Assembly: GCA_034780895.1 (NCBI GenBank)
Contig: JAUZTB010000127.1
Span: 74,213,071 to 74,277,070, forward strand
Source: Rhynchobatus australiae
Lineage: Eukaryota
Reading direction: 5' to 3'
DNA: 64,000 bases
In this document: one piece after another, positions 1 to 12,775 of the stretch
Layout: each line of letters starts with the position of its first letter
How positions within the stretch are numbered: the stretch's first letter is position 1
Notes under the pieces: model-generated
The model's input: the letters and a program-made list of their open reading frames with translations, nothing else
Told to the model about the DNA's origin: nothing
The model's database searches: none
Position numbers and translations under genes: made by a program

Positions 1-1149
1 GTATAGTGACAGTCACAGCTATTATGCTTCACTCGTAGATACAGAGACTGGCAGTCAGTGTTACCAACTCTCTCTCTCTCTCCCTTCATCTGTCTGTCTG
101 CACAATTGCCAGCATGTTCCAGTTATAGTCATTTTGATTTTCACTCGCAGCTTTTTGCAGCTGTTTTTTTTCTTTATTTGCAATACTAAGGTTCTCCCAT
201 TCCTTTCCATACAGACTGGGCTGGACTTCATTATCTGTGTCCAACAGGTTCCATCATTAGTTCTATGGCTGGTTATTTTTTACTAATGTAAACATCTGTT
301 GCCTGCTGAGTGGAGCCTTTATTACACAATTCCCATCTGCCCTTACTCCCCTTGAACCGGGCTGAAAGGCTTCAGGGTCGTTGCATTGACAGGTGAGGAC
401 ATAAAAGGGGGAATTTTAGGAATGTTGCTGTGAACGTCTCACTTTACAGAATTCCATAATTATTCTTAGATAATGATTTTACTCCTCTCATTATCCATTT
501 TAATAACCNNNNNNNNNNNNNNNNNNNNNNNNNNNNNNNNNNNNNNNNNNNNNNNNNNNNNNNNNNNNNNNNNNNNNNNNNNNNNNNNNNNNNNNNNNNN
601 NNNNNNNNNNNNNTTGGGGCTGGAATTTAAACTCACACACACTGGCCTGAGATACCGAGGGATGGAGGGGTGTGAGGAGGAGTGGTGGGGGGGGGTGGAG
701 GTGTGGTTTGTCAACATACAGGAAACTGAAAGGCGTGCTAATGGCTTTTTAACCCAGCCATTGCCTGTCCTTTCCTGGTTTCCCTGCCGGTTAACAATAT
801 TGTGTAGTACAGTGGCAAAGCAGATGAAGTCAGTACATCTCCCAGTTGCAAGGTTATGCCAAATATGGAATTTGTTGCATTTTGGAGCTGGAAGCACAAC
901 CAGAAGGAGATAGTAGAATGGAGCTCAGATGTTCAAAAACTACACCTCATTTTGATGATAATATTGTGGACAAGATGAGCTGTGAAGACAATAGAGCTAA
1001 TGAGAGATGCTGCAGTCCCTTGTGTCTCTAATGAGATGCTGTTCCCTGGTGAAGGCAACTGTGAAACAAAAAGACAGAACCAGAGAGTGCCCATTTGATC
1101 AGTACTGGGGTGGGATGTCATGAATGTGGGCTCAGAGGAAAGTAGTTCA

Positions 1150-1460
1150 TGACCTTGGACAAGGTCATATGTGATGTGCATATCACCCCAACCTTCCCTT
1201 CCTGCTATCTCAAACTTTATTCATTACATCAGTTTTTCACCAATGTACCTGAGAGGAACACCACCCTCTGTATCAATCCACCTTCTCATAATGAGGTTGT
1301 CCACCCAGCACTTCCATTCACCTTCACCCCTAGGCACCATCATGCCCACTCACTCAATCCATCTGTATCCCATTGCAGAGTGACAATATTGTCATCACAA
1401 CATGCCCTTCCACCTATTTCTGTACCATCAACAACTTGGATACCTTACATTCTGCCCCCT
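1150..1460 (+). mobile_element. Highly decayed Penelope-like RT fragment
   Basis: ccacccagcacttccattcacc...tctgtatcccattgcagagtgaca resembles the FHPALKFT...VSISGD segment of the element at 36830-36920. Confidence 0.4.
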
Positions 1461-1699
1461 CCTCCAGGTTATTAATATAATGATAAATAATTGAGAGAAA
1501 GAATTGATCACAGGTACTCTACTAGTTACATCCTTCTAACCTGAAAAAGACCCATTTATTCCCAACTCTGTTTTCAATACGATAACCAAATCATCTTCTT
1601 TCACATGGGGACTGACTCCAATTACAAGGGCGCTTTTCCCTGAGACCCATTGCCTTCAATTTTTCCAGGATACCTTGATGCTACACTCAGTCAAATTCT

Positions 1700-2160
1700 A
1701 CCTTGATTTTATGGGAAGTCACTCTAACCTCAACTCTGGAATTCAACTCTTTGGTTAATGTTTAGAACAGGGCTGTGGTGCCAAATAGATCTGGAGAAAC
1801 CCAAACCAGACCATCAATAAGCAGTTTACTATTAACTTCATCTGTCGACAACAAATTCTGTCACTTTGTTGATGACTGACAATAGGCTGATTGGGCAGTT
1901 GACTAGCTGATTGGATTCATCCTGCTTTTTGTGAGCAGGACATATTGGACAATTGTTCACATTCTCAGATTGATGCCAGTGTTATAACTGTACTGCAGTA
2001 GTTTCATCACTACAGCAGAGATGTTTTCTGCTCTCATAGCCTTTGCTCCAGGTAGTTCCCTCAGTTTCTTGATATCATGTGGAGTGAATCAAACTGGTTG
2101 AGGACTAGCTTCTGAGATGGTGGGGATTTCAGGAGGAAGCAGAGATGGATCATCTCTTTC
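1700..2160 (-). mobile_element. Old CR1/L2-group LINE fragment
   Basis: Resembles the reverse complement of the RT-upstream region (PVHKKQD.SN..NY.PISL-type motif at about 1880-1940). Confidence 0.6.
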
Positions 2161-2319
2161 TGTTCTAGAGAGTAGTTTAACGAGGCTCCTTTTTCATGCA
2201 AAGCCTTGGAAGTTGGGGGACCCAGGCTGCAGTATAACAATCCAATTCCAAATCACCTTTCTATCTATCAGGCTCCAAAAATAGAGCTGAATTGAGGCTC
2301 CTTGCAGGAAAAGGCCAAT

Positions 2320-2530
2320 ATGTTTGAAGTGGCTCAGAAGAATTATCTGGATTCCTGGCCATTAATGATCCTTCTACCAATAACACCAAAGCAGATTTCT
2401 GGATATACAAGTTTAAAGTTGCTTGTATATCTTCACTGTGCACAAATTGGCTGGCATATTTCCTGCTTCTTGCCTGTCAAGCTCTTGGGAATATCTGATG
2501 ACATGAAAGGCAGAATATAAATCCAAATGA
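2320..2530 (+). mobile_element. Deu-domain SINE relic (SacSINE1-like)
   Basis: cctggccattaat...caccaaagcagat...ctgtgcacaaattggctg...gaaaggcagaatataaat resembles the remembered Deu-domain and 3' tail. Confidence 0.5.
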
Positions 2531-3089
2531 TTTCTTTTTATGAAGTTAATATTTTTATGTCATGTTACATTCCTTGTATATTTGTCTGAAACCTTTAATT
2601 TCATGATGTTTGATATTGTGGCAAAAAAAAAAGCCTGAGCCTGAAAATGCAGAGGAGGTGAATTGGCTTCAGTTGCTGCTGTAATTAATACACAGTGCTT
2701 CACTGATCTAGTCACAAACTCATTGTAGGTTAGTTCTTATATTCCACAAGAATTCTGACAAGGCATTATAGTACACAAAGATACCATCTTGCTATCTAAA
2801 ATAAAAACTATATGAATAAACACATTAAATATAATCATTTGCAAATGATCTTACATAAGGATTGATGAAGGCGATAATCTCATCTCCACGCAAGGTTAGT
2901 TGGTCAGTTTCAGTTAAACTTCCCCTTTTACCAACATGTTATTAGCACTAACTACAACACCGCAACTTCAATTATTAGGCATATTGGAGCCACTGTAGTG
3001 CCAAATAAATTGTTAAATATCTAGGAAAAATATTACAGCCATTAGTAGTGTAAAGAGCCTCTTGATATTCTGTGAAAGATTATAAAAGT

Positions 3090-3640
3090 AACACCAAATG
3101 TGCAGTGATATATTGTAATAGTTAGCAGACTGTTACTTGCTGTGTACACCGGCAGTTATTNNNNNNNNNNNNNNNNNNNNNNNNNNNNNNNNNNNNNNNN
3201 NNNNNNNNNNNNNNNNNNNNNNNNNNNNNNNNNNNNNNNNNNNNNNNNNNNNNNNNNNNNTACAGTGGTTATCAGTCACCATGCACAATGAGTTATTTTA
3301 GCAGTTGCAATATTGGTTACACATTGTGTGTAATGTGATATCAGAGCACATCCCAGTCTGAGCTACACACTGGAGATAATGAGATATTGCAGCGGTTGCC
3401 AATCTCAGTTATTCCCAATATACAATGAAAGATTGCAGTGAATACCAATCTTAGTTACTCCCCTTGTATAATTCAATATTATAGTATTTATTAGTCTCGG
3501 TTACTCCATGCATACAATGAGATGTTGCAGCAGTTACCCATCTCAGTCACTCCTCATCTACAAAACAATATTACAGCAATTACCCCTGCTATTTACTCCC
3601 CATATGCAATGAGATATGGCAGAAATTATTTGCCTTAATC
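3090..3640. repeat. Degenerate 46-bp minisatellite spanning a gap
   Basis: Unit starts (aatgagatattgcag-like) at 3287, 3332, 3378, 3424, 3470, 3516, 3562 and 3608. Similar sequence lies left of the 3161-3260 gap. Confidence 0.85.
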
Positions 3641-4817
3641 GCACACCTCTGATAAGAAAAATATCTGGGATCTCATTGTTGGCTTCAGAAGACATAGCTA
3701 CATCCTTTGATTGAAGAATTCAGCAAAAAGATCAAACTGCAGGAATTCCTTCAGCAGACCAATTTCACTGAATTTTTATAAGGTCTTCCTACAAAGTGGC
3801 CAGGAGTGGGACAAGGTAACTCGGGTGAGCTGGAGTCTATGTGCATGAATGTTCCAGTTTCAGCTGCTGTCAATTTGAAAAAGCAACAGCAGGTGAATGA
3901 AGATTGAGGACAAAGACTTCTTAAGTCACAATGTTTCTCCTCTTACTGAGGCTGGCCTTTTGTGCAATCCTCTTCCCTTGCTTCACAGTCAGGGGTACTC
4001 AGGGGTCTGGATTCCCCTCTCTAACTTCTTCCCACCTCACTTCCATTCTTCTTCCTCTCGATACACCTCGGGCAGATCTTCCACCCTGAATGCAGCACTA
4101 ACACAGGGTTTACCTGTGTATCCTGGCAGAAGTCCTGGTTTCCAGCACTTGTATCCACCAAGTCATAATGGCATCTTCACCCAGCCTCCACCAGCTTTGG
4201 AGTCCAACGGGCAGTGATCTTCCACTGGTCTCCCATCTCATGGGGTAGAAAATCTGCCTATTGAGCCCACTTAAACCTGGTGAAGCATGAGAGTTCCTAT
4301 TAAAAGGTATGGGCAACCAGCTCCTGGAAGAAAGATGAGTGGTTATGATTTATTATTTATTTGTATTGTATTTTGAATTATATTGATTGATTTTACTGTA
4401 GGATATTGTTTCAGTGCTTCAAATGTAAATTTTTTTAATTATTCATTTTTAGGTGTCTCGAATGATATGGATGTTCATTAATCCGGTAACACTGACAGCT
4501 TTGACAGCCAATGAACCTGGGGGACTGTGGCTCTGTCTCTGGCTGCTTCTGCTAACCCCATGCGTGTGGTGCACTGGGAACCTGGCTCCCAGCAGAAGGT
4601 TGTGCCGAGGGCCAGTATGGTAAAGACAGTGTGTCACAGGGGCAGGCAGCCTGTGAATCTGGGGCAATGGCAGATCTCTCCTCTTCCATCTCACTTCTTG
4701 TAAAACCTGTTGAATCTTTCTTTACCCAGATGAGAGACATTTTTGGTTACTCTTCTTTTGAGAACAGCCAGCTATTGTTGCTCACACAAAGACTCATCAG
4801 GAACTGAAACCCAGTAA

Positions 4818-5540
4818 CGAGTGACGTTGTATCCCGCGCCGGTTGTCTGGCCACTCACAGGCACAGGGTCACACAGCACAGAGATCGGCCCTTCGACCTG
4901 CCACGTCCATGCCACGCTCGGTACTATCTACAATAACTATTTACACAGACCGTTTCTGCTTCACCCTGCCGTGCCCGCACCCTCTTCACATTTCGCCGCC
5001 CAGTTCCAGTCACCCTGCTCTCGGCCGATTGCTGGTGCACCTTTCTTGGTTAGTTGCCCCTCCGTTCGGTCCATCTTTGCTCCCGGTTCACCCTACACGG
5101 TCCGCTGGGCCACTGGCCTTTCAGGTCCGCATGGCTCCAGCCTGCCGTCACCCTTTCACGTCCGCTTGAGCTCCAAAGCCTTCACCCTATCAGGTCCGCT
5201 TGAGCTCCATCCTGCCGGGTCCGCACTGGGTTTGCCAGACCCACTCCGGATCGCCCTGCCGTCTCTGTGTGTCCCCCTGCTGCCCGCTACCTTTATGCCC
5301 TGCGTAGTTCGCTCTGTCTCCTCGGCCTGTTCATGCTTCCCCCAACTTGGTGCGTTGGGTTGTCGCCCCGCGCCTCTTCGCATTTCGCCGTCCACTTCCA
5401 ATCATCCTGCTCTCCCTGCTTCACCCCGCGGCCGGTTACTGTCGTTCAGTTGCCCCTTCACTCTGTCCATCCCTGCTCCTGATGCACTCGACACGGTCCA
5501 CTTGAGCTCCACCCTGCCTCTTCCTCTTCCTTTATAGTCT
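4818..5540. other. CpG-island-like, internally repetitive GC-rich segment
   Basis: Dense CpG against a CpG-poor background. GTCCGC repeats at 5100, 5125, 5160, 5194 and 5219. Duplicated blocks offset by about 395 bp. CR1-type 3' tail at about 4855-4930 (minus). Confidence 0.8.
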
Positions 5541-6189
5541 TGTGCCTAAGGGTACCAGTTTCAATCTTTTAGATATGGGCATTGGAACTTCCAAAATTCT
5601 TATGTTATTGCGGACAAAAGTATCTCCATTGAAGAAAATTGCATTAATATTGTGGGATTTAACTAATGCTGATTTTTGTACCCCATCTCCCCACCTTCCC
5701 TAATTATCACGTGAACTCCCACAAACCAAATTAAAAAAGAAAATAAAGTGACAGATAACATAACAATGGCCTAATATAGAGCTGGTGCACTGCTAACTTG
5801 ATTTTAAAATGTGTCATTTGGGCCATTGCCATGACTGAAAATATTTAATTGAGACAGTTGAGATAAATCAGAAAATTGTGGGTGGATGGCAATGAGAGTG
5901 GATAACAGGGGGACAGAAAGATGGAGAGTAGTGAGGAATAACACAGCAGAGCTCATCGAAAACAAAGAACTCACATTTATATACATCCATGTGATCATTC
6001 AGTTAATATATTATAAGCAAAGTCTGCTGCTGATTTGCACAATTTTCAGTCCACAAGTAATAAATAGTAAGAAAAATCAGGTAATCTGACGAAGGCCATC
6101 GAGCAAACAGAGCAAATTCTGTTTATCTCTCCACAGATCCTGCCGAACCTGCTGTGTATCCAAAAATTTTCAGTTTTATTTTAATTTTC

Positions 6190-7065
6190 AGGTACACTTT
6201 GTTTTGCATGCCACCCACACAGATCATTTCATCACATTAATGCTTTGAGGTAGGACAAGGGAAAAACAATAACAGAATGCAGAATAAAGTGTTAAAGTTA
6301 CAGTGAAGGTGCAGTGCAGACAGACATTAAGGTGCAAGGACATAATGAGGTAGATTGTGAGGTCAAGAGTTCATCTTATTGTACAAGGGGACCATTCAAT
6401 ATTCTTATGACAGTGGAATAGAAGCTGTCCTTAAGCTTTGTGGTATCTGCTTTCAAGCTTTTGTAACTTCTGCCCGATAGGAAGAGCAGAGAATGTCCAG
6501 GGAGGGTGGGGTCGTTGATTATGTTGGCTGCTTTACTGAGGCAGCGGGAAGTATAGACAGTGTCTATGGAGGGGAAGCTGGTTTCTGTGATGTGCTAAGC
6601 TGTGTCCTCATCTCTCTGCAGTTTCTTGCAGTCATGGGCAGAGCAGTTGCCATACCAAGGCATGATGCATCCAGGTCAGATGCTTTCTGTGGGACATCCA
6701 TAAAAATTGGAAGATCAAAGGGGACATGCCAAATTTCCTTAACCTCCTGAGGAAGTAGAGGCTCTGGTGAGCTTTCTTGGTCATGGCATCTTTATGGTTG
6801 GATCAGGACAGGCTATTGGTGATCTTCACTCCTGAGGACTTGAAGCTCTCAACCCTCTCGATCTCAGTACCATTAATGTAACACACTCTTGAAGTTGGCT
6901 TGATTGAAATCACTGGCTATGATGAAGAGGGCCCCATGGAATCCCGTTTCAAAGCTGTTGATCATGGAGTGTAGTTCATTGAGTGCAGGCTTCACATCCA
7001 CCTGGGGTGGGATGTAGACTACCGTCAGGATAGCAGAGGTAAACTCCCAAGCAGTGGCACTTGAA
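6190..7065 (-). mobile_element. Rex1/Babar-like LINE, internally deleted
   Basis: An APE-like part (EFTSAILTVVYIPP...ALNELHS...DFNQAN, about 6890-7060) is joined directly to a C-terminal part (NFYGCPTESI.PGCIMPWYGNCSAHDCKKLQR) and a 3' UTR. Confidence 0.8.
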
Positions 7066-9204
7066 AGATAACTGTTGTCTTCTCTTCATCTTCTTCCGAT
7101 AGTATCATGTGAACTTTTACTTCACTTGTCAAGTTAGCTAGAACTAACCAACTGTGTAACCCTCCCTCTGTAATGCACTGAAGCATCAATCTAGGTGATG
7201 TGCTTAAGTCTCCCAGCCCATCATATGACAGAGAGGAAACAGGCAAGACTGACACCTAGAGACATAGATTAGAAGATAATGGGAAAACCCATTTTGATCC
7301 TGAACATTAAATGCATGTATGACCATTGGTTATATGCAGATTTGGAACTGAATACATGGAGATGAGAACAAGCAGCAATCAATTTTCAGGCACTCATTTA
7401 GCAATGATACCCAAAGGCAAATTTCTTCTCCTTGATGTAATTAATTTCAACATATTAAGAGCCTTTGGTTGAATGTGGCACAGAATATTTGATGTTTGAA
7501 GTAGATGAGTGAGTCTACTTCTAGTTTGCAGCATTGTGTCTAATACTGTCAGCAGCCGCACTCTGATCAGATTGTGGAGAAATGTTCATCAAACAGAGGT
7601 TCATATTAACCATGAATCAATTGGGTTGGCTCTGTGTTTTAAAGTGTATTTACTCCACATTCTCTGCATCAGGTTGACCTGCATTGGCTGGACTTAATTA
7701 TATGAGCCCATTAGTGAGTGTCAAATCTTTCCCTCTCAATTTACTCAGAGGTCAATTTAGAGTTCAGAATGAAAGCCTGAAACTTTTTGTTTTTCTTTAA
7801 TTTTGAAATTGTTTTACTTGGCCAGTGAAATGCCAGAGCACCCTCCCTTATTGGCAGACAGCATGCAGAGGTCAACATTCAGGGCCACTTTGGGGATGAA
7901 AGCCAAGTTACTAAACATAAAGTTATGAAAGAACAGGGACTTCAGTGTAAGAGACTTTTCATTAGGTAAGTAGTCATGAAGAGAAAGGAATTTTTAAAGA
8001 ATTAATAAATTATTTACGTTGAGAGCTTGATTTTAGTTACAAATCATTTCACTTCATGGTATATTTAACTGAACCTTGCCCAAAGAAGGCTGCCATGGTA
8101 AGTTATTGCATGGTCAGCCTCTCTTTAAGATGATATTAAAGGAAGATTAAGATGAAGTTTCCATTTTCTCTTTTTCCCCATCTCCCTCATTGTTACTCTC
8201 ACTGCAGCCCAGAAATCATGGAAAATGTTATTAATGGACAAACAATGAATGTGAACATATGCTATTTCTCTGCGGATTTTAATTCCTGTGAAATAAAAGT
8301 TTGTATTAAAATTGTGGAGAGATACCATTCAAACACATTTCAAGTGTCCTCATTAATTTACGAAAGGTAATTTCTAATCTTGCACATTTGTTGCTATCCC
8401 TGCCTTTCATTCCCTGCTGTTCCCACCAATCGAATTGAACATGCTGGGATTTTCTCTGACTTCACTTCCATTCAAGATAAACATAAATCCTGCATATATC
8501 AACTGATATTTTGCCAAAGTTTCAGCAGGAGATCAGGAAATCCTATCTCACCATGCTTGCTGAAAATTTCCTTGGAGACTCTTGATTAGTTGCCATAACA
8601 TTGCCAGATGATGTTTGGAAGCTCCATGGGACATAACTGGGATTTTCGCCAATGTTACACCAAAGCTGTGCAAGGAATAAACCAATAGAAGCTTCTGTTG
8701 TCCATTTTCATTTGCTCTGACTTCTTCTTTCACTGAGCCTTTAATTTGCTTTATGTGTTTTCTTATGTTTCTGTCACTTCCTCTTTCTGATACCTGCCCT
8801 ATTTTTAGTTAATTTTGGGGACTATTTCCCAAACAGTCTTTGCAGGAAGTGTCAAAGTTCTGTAATCATGGTGTCTTTGAACAGGTCTGCTAGGTTGAGC
8901 CGACACTACCATCTTGTCCTTCAGTAATTTTTCAAACTCCTTACAAGAACATGACAGGAATCCATATCCTGAAGCAGGTGTTGCTGTCCAATTGTTTTAT
9001 AACCGAATGAATGGGGAACTAGGAGCCACAGTGCCAATTCAAAGATACATGCATTCTCCCCTCAAGTTTGAATTATACTTGCACAAGATCCACAGAAAAG
9101 GATGGAAGTAACGTTCATAATGGCTAAATCCACACATTCAATCTGTTGGTACATTTCCAAAAGAGTATTACCTTGGTCAATGCTCCTGGAAATTGCTCTT
9201 GCCA

Positions 9205-9360
9205 AGTCATTGGGTGTATCTGAGGCAGAGGTTGATAGATTCCTGACTGGTAAGGGGGTTAAGGGTTATGGGGAAAAGATGGGAGAATGGGGTTGAAAAG
9301 AAAAATCACTCATAATTGAATGGCGAAGCAGACTCGATGGGCAGAATGGTCTTGTGGTCT
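9205..9360 (+). mobile_element. CR1 LINE 3' end fragment
   Basis: gcagaggttgatagattc...aagggttatggggaaaag...gaatggcgaagcagactcgatgggc is a typical CR1 3' UTR. Confidence 0.75.
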
Positions 9361-12300
9361 TTTTTTGCCATTGCTTACTTTAAACAAAAAATGTGCAGTC
9401 CCACATATTCTTTGTCTTCTTTGCATCTTTATTAGTTAAGATCAAATTTCATTGCATTATTTCCTAAACGTTTAATAAGATTATTGTCTCACGCACCTTG
9501 CTTTTTTGAGAAATATGAAACAGTTAGCAATCTTTAAATAACTATTATCAAATTGACATTAATTGTACTTCTTCACACAACCAAGAGTACACTCAGCATT
9601 TAGTGCAAAGTGGCAAGGAATACCTGATGGCTTAGATAATTTAAATATCCAGATTGTTACGATATTGATGGGTTTCATTTCTAATCTGTGATGAAATAAA
9701 TAAAATTATCCACAGGACTCTGAGCTTTGGGAGGTCAATCAACAGAATACATCCCGGCTGTGATGTCACCTACCCTTGAATGTGCTGTGCCAGCTAACAA
9801 ATGAAAAAAAAATTCCAGAGATATAGCAGGCCTCTTGCAGTTATATTCTAAAATAAATCTGTGCCTTGCTGAAATGAAGGAAAAAATTTTGTGAATATAC
9901 ATTTATTCACTTTGGCAAAGATGATGTATATGTATCATTTCTTGACATCAGCTTAACTGGTAATCAGGAGCCACTAATGCACTTGGCCACTCTGCCTAAA
10001 TCACAGATGGTCTTTATCCCAGTCACTTATCTGCCTTTGATGTTAAATTCTGATGAATATTTCATCCTCAGGCATTTTGTCAAATCCTTTCTCTATCTCT
10101 ATAGCATGAACACCATCCTTCATCTCAATGGAAATGGTCTCTGGAGAGGGATCTGAACTTCAATTTTTTTTGTGAAACTTCAACAAGCCTTCCTCGATAA
10201 TCTGAGGGTAACGTGCATCCTTAGAGGAACATTCTTAAATACAAAATCCTTTTTTTCGTAAAATGAATCCCTTTCCCTTACATTTTTCTGTGACATCTCT
10301 TGAAGGTGGTGACTTTTGCTGGGGCATGAGTCCCACAAGTGACAACCCTCTGACATTTTGACCAAGTGACAATTCTTTACATGTAGTAAGTGAGTGTTCG
10401 TAGCGAGCTCTACAACTGATATCAATTCTGTTTTTACCCTGCATCCATAGCAATACAATTTCGGCTATGTAATCAGGAGCAGGAATCCTGGCCAATTTAT
10501 CTACTTTCCATCCCAGGAGTCATGGATGACATCAAATAATTCAAAATAGGCAGTTTTAGTGGGTTAATTTCAATGCTATGCCCTCTGGTAGACTGAGCAC
10601 TTAACATTTATAATTAGCATGAAAGCGTCACCATTAATGGGAGAGGGAGTGATAAATGATTGGGAAATTGTTGCTGGAGAATCCAGTCAGTAGGCAATTG
10701 AGTCCATAACCTGTGCTCCTGTTCAATCAAGTCCTACTGCTCTCACCTTCTGCAAACACTCACATAATTGAATCCAAGTTTCAGCATCCAAATCCCACCA
10801 TCCCAGAGAGTACCATTGTGTGGGACGTAAACACGGAATGGTCACAAATGAGGTTTTTTATCAAGAACCTTGAGAATAAGAGACATTTTCTACTGGAAAA
10901 AGATGAAAATACCTGATAAAGGGACATAACAATAAAACAAAAAGCAACAGATGCCTGGATCCAAAATGGTGAAGTTCCTTCTCTTACCATCCTTTCCTCC
11001 TTTAAGCCCTCAAAATCTTCATCAAGTTTTTGGTTTGCCCTAACAACAGTTTACATGACTCAGTTTTGAACTTTCTTTGATAATGCTCCTATGAACTGCC
11101 TTGGGACATTTTACTTCATTAAAGTGTTTTGCTCTTATTGATTATTCACAATGGTCAGCAAGGAGTTTTAAAAACCGTTTCGTTTAAAGTTGTTAAAAGA
11201 AGGATTACAATTTCTTTTAAAATGGGTAGCTAAAATGCAGGTTTGCCTGTCACCAAACATTGTTTAAGTAGGCTTAAAGTTGAATTCTAAGGTTGCTTGA
11301 TAAACAGGAATATTAAAGGTGAGCAACAGAAGTGGAAGAGACAAGATAGGCCAAATAATCAGTTCTTATGCTGTAATAATCTGTAATTGAAGGAACCAGC
11401 TGGTATTATAGTCAGAATTTGTTTAATTCAGCAGCTATTTAACAACAATTACTTGTACTTATGTCTGCCTAGAAACTGAGTGGAGCTTGTTCAGACTTGT
11501 TAACTGCTGGTTTGCAGCAGCCAGTGAATACTGTGTTCAATGAACTGCTGCAGCAATGATCTGTAGCACGAGGCCCAAGGAACAATGTGCCAGTAAACAG
11601 GCCTTAAACCAAGAAAGGCCTTTCCTTGTGAAAAGGGACCAAGGGGTGGTGATAGGCTAGGGTATAGGAAGGGGGCTTGTCAGCTGAGATCAGAATGGCG
11701 GAGGGGGATCATACAGCAGGAATCAGAAGATCAGTAGTCTGGGATCAAGGTGGGTGAATTGGATTGGAGAGGATTTGATAGGGCTATGGGAGTCAGGTCA
11801 GGAGGTTAGTAAAGGTTTGGGCCTGGAAGCTGATCGTTTTGAGTGGATGGAGGTGATTGGCAGCTCGGTAGTTGGGGGAGACAGTTGGTATCAGGCTCAA
11901 AGGATGTGAGGCTAAGATTCAAAGATAGAGTAGGTTGATACACCCCTAACTGTGATACCATTTTCCATGTAAAGAGCATCAGCCTGAAAATTAGTTAGGA
12001 TTTCAATGCAGTGCACAAAAAGTTCAGATTGTGTCCATATGGACCGTGAAAGGTTCTTGACTTTGTCTTTCAACTAGAGATTGCATTCTGATTTTTGTAA
12101 AACTGAATTGAAGAACTGATGATACAACTCTATTACCAGTGATAAAGTTGAGATTATAATTAAGATTATGATAAAACTTAATAAAAAATTACAAGTCTTG
12201 TCAAAACATTAAAACAATTGTGCTTAAGTGTCATTTTTTCCAATTGGTACAGATACACAAGGTACAGTATGCCTGATGACAATATGGTCTAGCCAGCCCT

Positions 12301-12549
12301 AATGAACATCCATTTTGCAAACACCATTCACCATAGTGACTCACATAATTATTGCCTCACCCTTCTAGGAAATCAAAACAAATCACACTGGCCTGGTTTG
12401 GTTCCTTCCCCAACAATAGCACCTGAGCCTCAGGTTCAGTAGCATCCTGGTTATCACAAGGATTTCATGATTCCTGCTTCTTCCACTCCACTAAGAGATC
12501 CTCTTCCTGGAATATTAACTGCGCTTCTCCTCCTCTGATGTCACCTTAT

Positions 12550-12775
12550 TTGGTAATTGATAATTGATTTATTATTGTCACATGTACCGAGATACAGTGA
12601 AAAGCTTTTGTTTGTGTGCCATCCAGACAGTTCATTCCAGACAGAAGGACGTGGAGTAGTACAAAAGGAATAAAAAACAGAATGTAGAATATAGTGTTTG
12701 AAAATGCATTGCAGGTAGACAGGTGAAGTGCAAGGGGCATGACGAGGTAGATGGAGAGATCAATAGTTCATCTTG
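12550..12775 (-). mobile_element. Rex1-like LINE 3' tail
   Basis: ttattattgtcacatgtaccgagatacagtgaaaagc...gtgcaaggggcatgacgaggtagat is homologous to 6200-6380. Confidence 0.65.

Noticed and set aside
859-868. CArG box CCAAATATGG (also at 54573-54582)
   Set aside because: Several CC(A/T)6GG sites are expected by chance in 64 kb, and there is no supporting evidence.
3287-3640. CRISPR-like regular spacing with palindromic units
   Set aside because: Whole units are homologous, there are no unique spacers or cas genes, and the DNA is vertebrate. It is a minisatellite.
4821-5537. 238-aa Pro/Ser-rich ORF and overlapping ORFs
   Set aside because: GTG start, no recognisable domain, and several frames open at once, as expected for GC-rich, A-poor repetitive DNA.
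8440-9010. Short minus-strand open frames (also 10180-10495)
   Set aside because: No recognisable motif and no consistent splice-site chain, so I cannot support an exon or pseudogene call.
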